The notes beneath the pieces were generated by a model. The model saw only the letters and a list, made by a program, of their open reading frames with translations, was not told the DNA's origin and did not search any database. From Narcine bancroftii (Eukaryota), in contig NC_091476.1 of assembly GCF_036971445.1 (NCBI RefSeq), forward strand, positions 64,914,001 through 64,978,000: 64,000 nucleotides of DNA. Direction: 5' to 3'. How positions within the stretch are numbered: the stretch's first letter is position 1; the number at the start of each line of letters is the position of its first letter. A program made the position numbers and the translations under genes. Below, one piece after another: positions 34,977 to 49,200 of the stretch.

Positions 34977-35701
34977 TTTAATTTTTTTTAAATTTTTCAC
35001 ACTATGAACCATATTGACCAAAATACACATAAACATTTCCCTCTTAAATATGCACTGTCATTTTCTCCCCTTTTTCCCCCTTCCTTCTCTCCCTCCTTCC
35101 CACCCCCTCCCCACCCACTGAACGTTCAACATATATGATACATTAAACCCATTAAACAATGTCATCACACAATAAAAATAAACAAGAAAATTGTGTCATC
35201 TACTTTTACACACTGGGTCAGTTCATTTCATCTTCTTCTCATTCTGTCATTTTAGGTGGTGGAGGTCCATGGTAGGACATCTCTGTTGTGTTCCATGTAC
35301 GGTTCCCAAATTTGTTCGAATACTGTGATGTTATTTCTTAAATTATATGTTATTTTTTCCAATGGAATACATTTATCCATTTCTATGTACCATTGCTGAA
35401 TTCTCAGGCTCTCTTCTGATTTCCAGGTTGACATAATACATTTTTTTGCTACAGCTAAGGCTATCATAATAAATCTTTTTTCTGCTCCATCCAAATCGAG
35501 GCCAAGTTCTTTACTCCTTATATTACGTAGAAGAAAGATCTCTGGATTTTTTGGTATGTTGCTTTTTGTGATTTTATTTAATACCTGATTTAGATCTTCC
35601 CAAAACTTTTCCACTTTCTCACATGCCCAAATTCCTCCTTACATCGAAAACATCTATCTGATACTGTTGGGTCCCATTTATTTAACTTTTGGGGCGTGGT
35701 G
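34977..35701 (-). mobile_element. Canonical 5'-truncated L1 3' end with A tail and 16-bp TSD
   Basis: ORF2 end FWEDLNQVLNKIT...IPLEKITY...FEQIWEPY; TSD TACTTCT(G/T)CCATCATT at 34961 and 35702. Confidence 0.88.
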
Positions 35702-35839
35702 TACTTCTTCCATCATTGAGAAGAAAATGTTCATCTCATTCTTGAATGGGTGATTTATAGTTCTTGATTCTCCACAAAGAAACATCCTCCCCACTCATCT
35801 CATCAATTCCTATCACAATCTTGTGGAATAAGAATAATG

Positions 35840-36400
35840 CAGCACAGAGAGTGGTGAACCTCTGGAATTTGCTGCCATGTTTGGCTGTGGAGGTCAAGGT
35901 CGTTGGGTGCATTTAAGGCAGAGGTATCTGAATAGTCAGGATACAGAAGGTTATGGGGAGAGGGCAGGGGAGTGGGGCTGAGTGGGAGAATGAATCAGCT
36001 CGTGACAGAATGGTGGAGTGTACTAGATGGGCTGAATGGTCTAAATCTGCTGCTATATTTTATGATCTTGTAGACAAGGCCCTTCGTCCCACAATGATGC
36101 CAACCTATGTAACCCTACTCCACAGCAATCTAACCCTTCCCAACCACACACCTATATACCTCTATTTCTCTTACATCCATGTGCCTATCTAAGAGTCTTT
36201 TAACTGTCCCTGTTGTAGCAGTCTCCACCACCACCCCTGACAATGCATTCCATCCACCCATCACTCTCTGTGTATAAAAAAAAAAAATCTATATCTGCTT
36301 TCCTCCATTCCCTGTAAAACGATGTCCTTGGATATTTCCTATTGTCGCCCTGGGGAAAAGGTTCAAGTTGACCAAATTGTGTATCTTTCAATCACTCAAT
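35840..36400. mobile_element. CR1 3' fragments in opposite orientations
   Basis: CACAGAGAGTGGTGAACCTCTGGAATT...GGGCTGAATGG on the + strand, followed by a minus-strand CR1 tail. Confidence 0.6.
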
Positions 36401-37361
36401 CTGACAACCTGCCTGCCCAATTTAGTTAGCTAAATTTGAACTGCTTTCATCACATTTATACCCTTAATTAAAGAGACCAATACTGTACACAGCACTCATC
36501 AATGCCCCGTATTTACTGAAGCATAACCTTCTCCGTTTTGATTTCCATAATCCCTGAAGCAGAGGATAACATTCTGTTCGTTTTCCCAAATTACTAGCCT
36601 TTAGCAAATATGTATGAAGTCACCCATATCCCTCTGCATCTCAAAGCTGTGGAATCTCTCATCATTTAGATTATTTTTCTTTTTATTATTCATGTGAATA
36701 TGGTTACTACAAATCGGTGATAATAATAAAAGAGCAACGTTATCTCGTTGTACATATTATGTTATTTTACTCTTGCATTATTGCCTCTGTTACATTTTAC
36801 ATGGTCTGTTTTACTACAGTAGCAAAGCCTCCCTAAATGTAGAATGTCTGTTCCTAACAATGTGCAAGCTGTGGAACTGCTACTTCAGGAATCTTTGAAT
36901 AGTGTTCGATGTAGGATCCAGCTCATTGGTACATATCATTATTAACTTGGTCACTTGTAGAAATATTTAAATTGTTAATTTTCTTTCGTGTTCAGACTGC
37001 TGCACCTTAATTTGAAGTAGAACCTGATCCTTGGCCCACGTGTGCTTGGTAATTGGCCTCCACTCTTCAGTTTGAGTTGATGCAAAGTAATTTTCAAAGA
37101 GATGTACAATCTCCAGAGGCTACTAAATTGTGCATTGAGTTCTCCAGGTGTCACGTGGCCAATATGTGCTCCAGTCCTCTAGACATTAAAACCAGCATTT
37201 TATTTAAGTTTTTTCATTAGTTTAACACTTTCTATTAATTTATTTTTTTTGGTAAGAATTTAACACTTACATTCTGTAGTATACTGTTTACAATGATCAA
37301 ATGTGGAGATGCATCTTTCTAGGACATCATCTTAACTACAGTAAATTAACTACAGTAAATA

Positions 37362-37790
37362 CAGTACAACTCCGATTATCCGAAATCAGATTCTCCATTA
37401 ATTAAAAAAATGTGGATAAATGAGGATATCTAAAATAAACCAGAAATCCTCATTTATCCAAATATTTTTCGGAGCTGAACTGAATGGGGAGCTCCGGCTC
37501 CCAGAAGGAGCGCAGACTTTGGGCACCTGGGCACCAGCGGGGCCTCGGTGAGGAGGTGTCGGTGATAGGCGGAGATCAGCATTTTTTTGGTGAGAGTTAA
37601 ACATTATTTTAAACGCTTAAAAAGCCTTCCCTTGTTGTTTGTTGCTGTTTAAATTCTGATACAAGTGATTTGCTGTTGCTACTGGGCTGTTTTTTTTTAA
37701 AAATGACCTGTTCTCCGAAAAAAAACATTTATCCAACATAGTCCTGATCTTTCCTGACCACTGTCCATACTGCGACTTTTACTATATTTA
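37362..37790. mobile_element. Tigger-like MITE (right end degenerate)
   Basis: TA|CAGTACAACTCCGATTATCCGAAA start; internal AAACATTATTT...AAAAAGCCT similar to the 31732-32594 element. Confidence 0.45.
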
Positions 37791-37911
37791 GCCAGTGACC
37801 CATTTGGGTCAATAATTTGCCTTCAGCTCTGTGAGGTACACTTCAAGTTTTGCTGCTCTGAAATATCACAGTTGAGAAGTAATTTCTAATCTATAAATAC
37901 TTTCTGTTTAG

Positions 37912-38102
37912 GTGACCAAATCATAAGTGCAACAATTTACTTTGATGAAATGGGATATGAAGAAGCACAGAAAATTCTACAGACAGTGGATCGACACACA
38001 GTGGGATTGAAGTTACATCGGAAGGGAGAAAAGCTTTCTCCTGGGGGAAGTTACTCCTGGGATCCAGAACGATATGGGACCACAAGTCCAGAAGCTGTAT
38101 TG
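37912..38102 (+). CDS. AHNAK: AHNAK second coding exon (C-terminal half of PDZ domain)
   Basis: Acceptor TTTCTGTTTAG, donor TTG|GTATGT at 38103; 191 nt, phase-compatible with both neighbours. Translates (G)DQIISATIYFDEMGYEEAQKILQTVDRHTVGLKLHRKGEK...SPEAVL, with the AHNAK motif ATIYFD...HTVGLKLHRKG. Confidence 0.95.
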
Positions 38103-38199
38103 GTATGTGCTGTGCAGTGTCAAGTAAAGTCACATTTAAAAAAATAACTTATTACTGGATTATACTAACTTTATATTATAGGACTGCTTCAAAGAACAG

Positions 38200-38425
38200 T
38201 AGGGCAGCACAATTTAACGCAGTGATTAGCACAAGGCTATTACAGCACCAGTCACCAGGTTCAAATCTCGTGCTGTCTGTAAGGAGTTTGCATGATCTTC
38301 CCATGTCAGCGTGAGTTTCCTCCGGTGCTCTGGTTTCCTCCCTCCCTTCAAAACATATGGGGGTTATCAGTTAATTGGGGTATTTTGGTGGCACGGGCTC
38401 ATGGGCCAGAAGAGCATGTCTAACA
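38200..38425 (+). mobile_element. V-SINE
   Basis: GGTTCAAATC...GTAAGGAGTTTGCATG...GGTTTCCTCCC. Confidence 0.7.
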
Positions 38426-39049
38426 AAATTTTGAATTAAAAGTTTGAGAATCCAAAAAATTCCCAATCAGCACAATCCTAATTGAAATGCATGCCACAGG
38501 GTAACATGCATGTCAACATCAGTGCACTTGGCTAGATGCTAAAAATCTAAAATCAGAATGTGTAAAGACTTAGCAAGTTATGACAATAGACAATAGGAGC
38601 TGGAGTAGGCCCTTCGGCCCGTCGAGCCAGCACTGCCATTTTACAGATCATGGCTGATCACTACCATCAGTAAAGGTTCTCTCTCCACAAATGCTGCCTG
38701 ATCTGGGTGGGGTTTAGCAGCAATTTCTGTTTTTGTTCCACAATTGAATAGTCGACTTTGCCACTGGTGGAAAGATATGACTAATTGATCCTTTTGAGTC
38801 AGGTAACAGATAATCAGCCAGAAAGGGGCACAGTCTCTCTTCAAAAGAGAGCAGGAGAGAAAATTCTGAGGAAAGTAATAGATTGAACAGAGTGTGTATT
38901 TAAAAGCTAAGATCCTTATCCTAAATATTCCAATGATCTTTGCAAATATCTGATGGTCTAATTCTGAAATTAAAACATGGCTCAAAAATTGGTTGATGCA
39001 AGAACAGCCAAATCCTGAATTTATTAAGTTTGTAAGAGATCAAATTAGT

Positions 39050-42000
39050 TTCTTTTTTAGAAAGATAAGATTCTAAACATAAAAGCAAGGAAGCAAAAAT
39101 TAGTGGGAAGGTAGAGGATTGGGAAGGTTTTAAAAATTGCAAAAGGCAACTAAAAATGTCATAAGGAGAGAAAAGATGAAGTATGAAAGTAGGTGAACAA
39201 ATAATATCAAAGAGGACACCAAAAGTGTATTCAATATATAAAGAGAGGTGAGAGTAGTTAAAGGACCTTTAGAAAATGACACTGGAGAAATAATAATGGG
39301 ATACAAAGAGATGGCAGAGGAACTTTTCTTTCTTTTTAAAATATTTTATTGGTATTTAATATATAAACAATTGAACGGTACAATGTGCAACACATTTAAA
39401 AATATAGGAAAAAGATTTCAAATATGAACATAATTCAAAGGACCAACACACACTGGTAATAGTGTAGTAAAATATACCATCAAACAAAAAGGTAACAAGA
39501 ATCAACTCAAAAGAAGGGAAAAATAAAGTTAAAAGTTCTTTTCAAATGAATTATAAATTTCTTTTTCTTTTTTTTTAAATAAAGGAAAAGGTATACAATT
39601 TTTCCTTTTCATTCTGTAAGAATTTTTATCAAAAGTTATTTTATTCATAGTTGAGCAAAACCATTATCTTTTGTATTATCCAGTTATGTACCATCAATAA
39701 TTCACAAAAGGCTTAGTGAAACAATCAGGCTTTTAATAGCTAATGCCTGGAACACTATCAAACAACCATCCATCTCCTTGACTGATTAGAGCAAAAGTTA
39801 AATTGTGGTCTGCAAGGGGCTATGGGTAGGATCAGTCTTGGAAGGTGTGCCCAGTCAGTAGCAGCCAATCATGGTATAACAGTGGTTTACCATGTCCAGT
39901 TTAAAAAAATAAGAAAAAAAAAGGAAACCTAAACTAACTAAAAAAAAAAAAAGGGAAGGGGAGATTCCCCCCCCCCACTCAAAACCCCGACCACTAAAAA
40001 ATGATACGTGGAAATCAAGTGACATTAACCTGGAACTCGACAACACAGAACCAAAGCACTTTGACTACCCTAACTTTTTAGATTAGGGCAATAGTCCACA
40101 AATAATGGGCCCCACGTCTTTTGAAAGTTAATTTTTGAACCTTTCATAGCATATCTAATTTTTTTCTGAACTTAGATAAGACGTTATCATTTAGCCCTTG
40201 TGTGTGAACCTGGAGTCGTGTCTTTCCATTTAATCAGAATTGCACATCTGCCTGTCAAAGAAGTAAAAAATAAAATTCGACCTTGAGGTGGAGTCAATAA
40301 GACTTCATCTTCTTGAAATGGTCCGAATAGAGTAATTAAAGGGCAAGGTTCTAATTTGACTTTAAGAATCACCGATAATGTTTACAAAAATATCTTTCCA
40401 GCATTTTTCTAAACCAGAGCAAGTCCATGACACATGGATCAAAGAAGCGTCAGCAATTTTGCAATTTTCACAGAGGATTTATATCGAAACAAAAAGGAGA
40501 TAGGTTAACTTCAGACATATGCACTCTATGGACCTCTTTAAATTGCAACAAACAGTGTCTTGCACAAAAGGAGGTTGTATTAATCAAATTACAAATAGAC
40601 TCCCACAAAACATCCAAAAATTATAAATTCAAATCCTGTTCCCAATCATTCTTGATCTTAACTAGTGAGGTTATTCTTAAATCCAGCAAGCTATTAGAAA
40701 TAATAGATATTAAACCTTTATGGGAAAGCTGTAAATCAAGAATATTTGCAACAGGAATTTGCGGAAAGTCAGGGATCTTTGGTTGAATAAAACGGCTGTA
40801 AATATCTAAAAAAGTGAGTGGAAGGTTAAACTTTACCATCAATTGTTCAAAGGAAGCAAAATCATTTTGAATAAAAAAGATCTTTAAAATATTGAATACC
40901 TACTCCTTAAAAGCAGTATCTAACAAAGAAAGTTGAAAAAAATGAAATTTAAAGAGTCTTCTAAACTGGCCATATTCTCAAACTATGGCTAATTATCAGT
41001 CAATCTGTATAAGAGGATTAAAAAAGACCCAAGAATTGTCAGCATAGAGGTACTTTTAGTAAATTTTCATTCCATTTCATGAAGAAGGGCGGTCCTCAGA
41101 TTTTTCAAAATGAAACGAAAGAAGCAACTTGCATATATTGACCACCCAATAATAGAATCCAAAATTAGAAAACACCAATCCACAATTCCTTTTAGGTTTT
41201 TGAAGGTGAGCTTTATTTGAACAACGGTGTTTTCCTTGCCATATAAGTGAAAAAAGGATTAGGAAATGAAAATTGGTACTGATTGGAAAAGATGCCAAAA
41301 TTTAGGTAAAATATTCATTTTGATAGAATTAATACATTCAATCATGGAGATAGTTTAACTTGATACAATAAAACCAAAACATTTTTGTTAAAAAGATATT
41401 TAATCTCCTAGTAACTATAATACCAAGATAAGTAAATGGATCCTTCATAATCTTAAAAGGGAAATTGAAATATCTTGAAATAGAACCATTTAATGGTAAT
41501 AGTTCATTTTTATGTAGATTCAATTTATATCCATAAAACTGACCAATATGAGAAAGTAAAACGAATATGTTTGATAACGAGACAGAGGATACATTTTGCA
41601 TTGTTCTTCACTGTGGAAGACATTAACAGTGTGCCGGATGTCAAAGGGTATCAGGGAAGTGAATTTAGTTGTCACCCCTCTATTCAAGAAGGGAGGGAGG
41701 CAGGAGAAAGGAAACACTGGCTAGCCTGACATCAATGGTTGGGAAGATGTTGGAGTTGATGTTTGAGTATGAGGTGATGGAGTACTTGGAGGTACTTGGC
41801 AGGATTGGCCAAAGCCAGCATGGTTTCCTTAGGGAAATCTTGCTTGGAATTGGAATTCTTTGAAGAAGTGACCAGCAGACTAGATAAAGGAGAGTCAGTG
41901 AATGTTGTGTATTTGGATTTTCAGAAGGCCTTTGACAAGATAAGAGACCATGCATTTCAGGAAACATATTAGCATGGGTAGAGCATTGGCTGATTGGGAG

Positions 42001-43035
42001 GAAGCAGAGAGTCAGAATACAGGGATCATATTCTGGTTGACAGCCAGTTGTAAGTGGTTTTCCACAAAGGTCGGTGTTAAGGACGTATTTTTTTTATGTT
42101 GCATGCTGATAAATTTAATTATGGAATTAATAGTTTTCTGTTCAAGTTTGCAGATGATACAAAGATAGATGGAGGAGCAGGTAGTATTAAGGAAATAGGG
42201 AGGCTGCAGAAGGACAGATTAGGAGGGTGAGTAGAGAAGTAGCAAAAAAAATACAATTTTGGAAAGTGTATGGTCATGCATTTTGGCAGAAGAAATAAAT
42301 GGGTGGACTATTTTCTAAATGGAGAGAAAATTGAAACAACCCAGATGCAAAGGGACTTGGGAATCCTCGTACAGAATCCACTGAAGGTAAACTTGCAGGT
42401 CGAGCTGGTGGTGAAGAAGGCAAATGAAATGCTGGCATTCATTGCAAGTGAAATAGAAAACAAAGCCAGGGATATGATGTTGAGGCTTTGGAAGGCATGG
42501 AATATTGTGAGCAGTTTTGGGCTCCTCATTTAAGAAAGGATGTATTGAGTTAGAGAGGGTCCAGAAGAGGTTCACAAAAATGATTCCTGGAATGAAAGGA
42601 TTATCATATGAGGAACATTTGATACCTCTTGGCCTGTATTCATTGTAATTTAGGAGAATGGGGGTGAAATCTCATTAAAACATTTTGAATGATGAAATGC
42701 ACGGACAGAGTAGACATGGACACGTTTTATCCTATGGTGGGAGAGTCTTGGATAAGAGAGCACCACTTCAGGATTGAAGGGCATCTACTTAGAACAGAGA
42801 TATGGAGAAAATTCTTTAGTCAGAGGGTGATGAAACTGTGGAATTTGATGCCATAGGCAGTTGTGGAGACCAGGTCAGTGGGTATATTTAAGGCAGAGAT
42901 TGATAGGTTCTTGATTAGCCAGGGTATCAAAGGTTATAGGGAGAGGGTCGGAAAGTGGAGCTGCGTGGGAAAATGGATCAGCTCATGATTGAATGGTGGG
43001 GTAAATTTGATAGGCTGAATAGCCCATTTCTACTC
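39050..43035 (+). mobile_element. Decayed CR1 LINE ORF2 (39050-39325 and 41575-43035), split by an L1 fragment
   Basis: Remnants EMAEEL / FTVED, SLTSMVGKMLE, QSQHGFL, VYLDFQKAFDK, KFADDTK and VMHFGRRN; CR1 tail ends about 255 bp before the giant-exon acceptor. Confidence 0.8.
39325..41570 (-). mobile_element. Old 5'-truncated L1 fragment
   Basis: Remnants GYKLNLHKNELLPL, FTYLGI and YYWVVNI; T-rich tail at about 39325-39350. Confidence 0.75.
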
Positions 43036-43289
43036 CTATGTCTTGTGGCCTTGTTTCAAAACAATGCACAGCACTTCCACATACTTCTAAAATTTTCACT
43101 GATGAATAACTTTATCCTATCCTTAATAAACACTACCATATAAAATTTATTGTCCTACTATCATAATAGGTGAGATAGGCTTGTTCAGCGCAGGCTGAAG
43201 CTGGGATTTTTCTGCCCTGCAAGGATCTTGTTTAAATACAAAGAAAACCATGAAGCTGTGAATGATATAGATTGTTTTATTTCCCTTAG

Positions 43290-46200
43290 AGTGGCGATGA
43301 TGAAGACTATCAGAGAATTTTCAAAAAGAAAATCAAGCCTCGTCTCAAGTCAGAAGATGACACAGAGGTATCAGATCAAGGTGACAAATCTTCCAGTGTA
43401 CATATCACCAGAAAGGTCACCACACGCACAGTTCACGTGACAAGTCCTACTGTTATGACAGATGTAGACATGCACAGTCCAGAATTTAAAATAAAAGTTC
43501 CACGACATGAGCAAGTCACCACTGAGGGAACAGGACCAAAACTGAAACCATCAGAGATGGATATAGATGTTAATCGCATGGGAACTGAAGGTTTAACATT
43601 TCAAATGGGAGATGGTCAACGGACAACACACACAATGCATATAGTGAAAACAAAAGTTGTAGAGGTAACTGGACCAGAAACAGAACATAGCCAAACTATG
43701 TTCCACATGCCACAGATCAACGTAGCAGGTGGAACAGTGAAAACATCCAATGTTGATGTCAAAATTGCAAAGACAGACATGGATGTAACTGCACCAGATA
43801 TTGAAGCACTTAAAATTGGTCACCCAAAGTTAACTGTTGATGATTCTGTTCCAAAAAGTGAAACAGGTATGCAACTGCCCACCATCAACACAACAAGTGC
43901 AAAACAAACTGTTCATATTGGAGATTCAGATGGAAAATTCAGTATGCATTCAGTCAAAATCCCAGGAAGAACTATCTCTGGGTCACACATGAGAAAACCA
44001 AATGTTGATATAGACAAAAGTGCAGCAAGTACAGACATTGCCGTTCCAAAGATTGATTTCAATCTTAACCAACCTGGAAATCAGGATAATTTTACACATC
44101 CAAAGATTGATGTTAAAACACAAAAAATGCATGTGGAAATTTCAGGTCCTGATGAGAAACAGAATATTAAAATGAAGGAAAATAAATATATATCAGCAAC
44201 TAACAGTGAAGAGAATACAACCGATTGGACAAAACAAAAAATACATGAAATGTCCATCCAAACCAAATCTCCAGAAGGCGATGTCAAACCAACTGGACAC
44301 AAATTCAAAGGTGATTTTATATTGCCTGATATGCAAAGAACTTCTGGTGAAATCAACAAAACAAATCTCAAAATTTCAGGAGTCAGTGTTTCAGGATCCA
44401 GTGATGCTGATTTGGAAATTAAACATACAAAAGTGGCAGATTTTGATTCCTCAAAGATCAGTTTTGAGCACAAAGATCCAAATTTTAAAGGGCCCACAGC
44501 TGACATAAAGGAGAGCGAGGACAAATTTGCAGTTTCACCTAAGCATTTCCCCAAGCTACAGGAAACAGATATCCATTTGGGTCTCCAGGGCCCAAAAGTG
44601 AAAGGAGATCATGATATTGATGTACTTTCTACAAACACAACAGGAAAGGTAAAAATCCATCAGTTGGATCAGGAAATGAAGGTGCCAGAGGTTGAATATG
44701 AGATACCCAAATTCAAAATGAGTGGGCCAAAAATGGACATGGTTGCTAAACAATTGGCAGAAGATGTTAAACTTGCTGAACCTAAGATAGTAGGGAGAGC
44801 TGAAATTCCAGATGTAGATGTTAAGGGAGCTGGAAAAATCACAGGCACGACATTTAAAATGACAGGTTTCAACGTCTCAGCACCTGAAATAGGAACGGCT
44901 GATCTCAAAGGTCAAACAGTGGAAGGAAAAGTTGATGTAATTGATGTCAAGCAGGAAAGTGTTGTGAAAGACTCAAATGTAAATATAACAGGACCCAAAA
45001 TTGATATTAAAGCACCTGATGTAATAGAAAGTACATCACAGATTACATTGCCTACCATGCACGTGCCTGGTATTGATTTGGGATTCGGAGGCGCAAATAT
45101 GAAAGGAGACCATGATATAGATGTGCCTTCTGGAAAGACAGAGGGAGATATCAAAGTGCCAAGCATAAATGTTGGCATGGAAGTGCAAGGGATTGACAGT
45201 AAAGGAGGTCTTGGAAAATTCAGTTTGCCGAAATTCCAAATGTCAAAATTCCACATGGGTGGGTCTAAAGCAGAGGTTCCAGATGTGAACATTGATGCAA
45301 ATCTTCCTGATGCAGATGTTAAACTAGCGGAACCCATGGTAGAAGGAGATGTGGAAATGCCTGATGTAGATGTTGAGGGAAGTGGAAAATTGAAGCACCC
45401 AAAGTTCAAAAGGCCAGAATTCAATATCTCAGCATCCAACGTGAAAATGCCTGAATTGAACTTGGGCCTCAAAGGTCCAAAGTTTGGAGGAGATGCTGAT
45501 GTCCCTGATGTCAATCTAGAAGGGAAAATTAAGGCCCCAGATGTTGATATTAAAGGACCCAAAGTTGACATTGAGGCACCAGATGTGAAAGGAACAGGTC
45601 CAAATATTTCATTCCCTTCCATTCACTTACCCAAGGTGGATGTTCCAGACTTTAATTTGAGCTTAAGAGGCCCACATGTGAAAGGAGACCATGATATTGA
45701 GATGCCTTCAGGAAAGATAGAGGGAGAGATCAAAGCACCCAAAGCAGATGGTGACATGGATGTGCCAGGGATTGACATTGAAGGAGGAAGTGGAAAATTC
45801 AGTTTGCCGAAATTTCGAATGCCTAAATTTGGCAAGGTTGGGTCTAAGATGGAAGACCCAGGTGTAGACATTGATGTGAATGTTCCTGATGCAAATCTTA
45901 AACTATCGGGACGCACATTAGAAGGAGATATGGAAGTGCCTGATGTTGATGTTGAGGGAAGTGGAAAATTGAAGCACCCAAAGTTCAAAAGGCCAGAATT
46001 CAATATCTCAGCACCCAACGTGAAAATGCCTGAATTGAACTTGGGCCTCAAAGGTCCAAAGTTTGGAGGAGATGCTGATGTCCCTGATGTCAATCTAGAA
46101 GGGAAAATTAAGGCCCCAGATGTTGATATTAAAGGACCCAAAGTTGACATTGAGGCACCAGATGCGAAAGGAACAGGTCCAAATATTTCATTCCCTTCCA

Positions 46201-49200
46201 TTCACTTACCCAAGGTGGATGTTCCAGACTTTAATTTGAGCTTAAGAGGCCCACATGTGAAAGGAGACCATGATATTGAGATGCCTTCAGGAAAGATAGA
46301 GGGAGAGATCAAAGCACCCAAAGCAGATGGTGACATGGATGTGCCAGGGATTGACATTGAAGGAGGAAGTGGAAAATTCAGTTTGCCGAAATTTCGAATG
46401 CCTAAATTTGGCAAGGTTGGGTCTAAGATGGAAGACCCAGGTGTAGACATTGATGTGAATGTTCCTGATGCAAATCTTAAACTATCGGGACGCACAGTAG
46501 AAGGAGATATGGAAGTGCCTGATGTTGATGTTGAGGGAAGTGGAAAATTGAAGCACCCAAAGTTCAAAAGGCCAGAATTCAATATCTCAGCACCCAACGT
46601 GAAAATGCCTGAATTGAACTTGGGCCTCAAAGGTCCAAAGGTTGGAGGAGATGCTGATGTCCCTGATGTCAATCTAGAAGGGAAAATTAAGGACCCAGAT
46701 GTTGATATTAAAGGACCCAAAGTTGACATTGAGGCACCAGATGCGAAAGGAACAGGTCCAAATATTTCATTCCCTTCCATTCACTTACCCAAGGTGGATG
46801 TTCCAGACTTTAATTTGAGCTTAAGAGGCCCACAAGTGAAAGGAGACCATGATATTGAGATGCCTTCAGGAAAGATAGAGGGAGAGATCAAAGCACCCAA
46901 GGCAGATGGTGACATGGATGTGCCAGGGATTGACATTGAAGGAGGAAGTGGAAAATTCAGTTTGCCGAAATTTCGAATGCCTAAATTTGGCAAGGTTGGG
47001 TCTAAGATGGAAGACCCAGGTGGAGACATTGATGTGAATGTTCCTGATGCAAATCTTAAACTATCGGGACGCACAGTGGAAGGAGATATGGAAATGCCTG
47101 ATGTTGATGTTGAGGGAAGTGGAAAATTGAAGCACCCAAAGTTCAAAAGGCCAGAATTCAATATCTCAGCACCCAACGTGAAAATCCCTGAATTTAACTT
47201 GGGCCTCAAAGGTTCAAAGGTCGGAGGAGATGTTGATGTCCCTGATGTCAATGTAGAAGGGAAAATTAAGGCCCCAGATGTTGATATTAAAGGACCCAAA
47301 GTTGACATTGAGGCACCAGATGCGAAAGGAACAGGTCTAAATATTTCATTTCCTTCCATTCACTTACCCAAGGTGGATGTTCCAGGCATCGATTTGAATT
47401 TCAGAGGCCCAAAGGTGAAAGGAGACCATGATATTGAGATGCCTTCAGGAAAGATAGAGGGAGAATTCAAAGCGCCCAAATCAGATGTTGATGTGGATGT
47501 GCCAGGGATTGACGTGGAAGAAGGAAATGGAAAATTCAGACTGCCGAAATTTCGAATGCCAAAATTTAGCAAAGTTGGCTCTAACGTTGAAGTTCCAGAT
47601 GTGAACATTGATGCGAAACTTTCAGATGATGATTTTAAACTATCAGGACCCAATGTTGAAGGAGATGTGGAAATGCCTCATGTAGATGTTGAGGGAAGTG
47701 CTAAATTGAAGTACTCAAAGTTCAAAATGCCAGATTTCAATATCTCAGCACCGAACGTGAAAATGCCTGAATTTAACTTGGGCTTCAAAGGTCCAAAGGT
47801 TGGAGGGGATGTTGATGTCCCTGATGTCAATCTAGAAGGGAAAATTAAGGCCCCAGATGTTGATATTAAAGGGCCCAAAGTTGACATTGAGGAAACAGAT
47901 GTGAAAGGAACGGGTCCAAATATTTCTTTCCCTTCTATTCACTTGCCCAAGATGGATGTTCCAGGCATTGATTTGAGTTTCAAGGGCCAAAAAGTGAAAG
48001 GAGAACATGATTTTGAAATGCCTTCAGGAAAGATAGAGGGAGAGGTTGAAGCACCCAAAGCCGATGTTGATGTAGATGTGCCAGGGATTGACAGTAAAGG
48101 AGGTCGTGGAAAATTCAGTTTGCCGAAATTTCATATGCCCAAATTCCACATGGGTGGGTCTAAAGGTGAAGCTCCAGATGTGAACATTGATGCAAATCCT
48201 CCAGATGTAAATGTGGAAATGCCTGATGTAGATGTTGAGGGAAGTGGAAAATTGAAGCACCCAAAGTTCAAAATGCCAGAATTCAATATCTCAGCACCCA
48301 ACGTGAAAATGCCTGAATTTAACTTGGACCTCAAAGGTCCAAATGTTGGAGGAGATGTTGATGTCCCTGATGTCAATCTAGAAGGGAACATCAAGGCCCC
48401 AGATGTTGATATTAAAGGGCCCAAAGTTGAAATTGAGGCTCCAGGTGTGAAAGGAACGGGTCCAAATATTTCTTTCCCTTCCATTCACTTGCCCAAGGTG
48501 GATGTTCCTGGCATTGATTTGAATTTCAGAGGTCCAAAAGTGAAAGGAGTCCATGAAATTGAGATGCCTACAGGAATGATAGACGGAGAGTTCAAAGCGC
48601 CCAAAGCAGATGTTGACGTGGATTTGCCAGGGATTGATGTTGAAGGAGGCAATGGAAAATTCAATTTGCCGAAATTTCGAATGCCCAAATTCGGCAAGGT
48701 TGGGTCTAAGGTGGAAGTCCCAGGTGTAGACATTGATGTAAATCTTCCTGATGCAGATGTTAAACTATTGGGACCCACGGTAGAAGGAGATATGGAAAAG
48801 CCTGATGTAGAGGTTGAGGGAAGTGCAAAATTGAAACAGTCAATGTTCAAAATGCCGGATTTCAATATCTCAGCACCCAATGTGAAAATGCCTGAATTTA
48901 ACTTGGGCCTCAAAGGTCCAAAGGTTGGAGGGGATGTTGATGTCCCTGATGTCAATCTAGAAGGGAACATTAAGGCCCCAGATGTTGATATTAAAGGACC
49001 CAAAGTTGACATTGAGGCACCAGATTTGAAAGGAACAGGTCCAAATATTTCTTTTCCTTCCATTCACTTCCCCAAGATTGATGTTCCAGGCATTGATTTG
49101 AATTTCAAAGGCCCAAAAGTGAAAGGAGACCATGATATTGAGATGCCTTCAGGAAAGATAGAGGGGGAAATCAAAGTACCAAAAGCAGGTGTTGACGTGG

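Noticed and set aside
43437-43439. ORF-track start of the 5948-aa protein
   Set aside because: This is an internal GTG (Val). The frame is entered by splicing at 43290 and the true ATG is at 31415.
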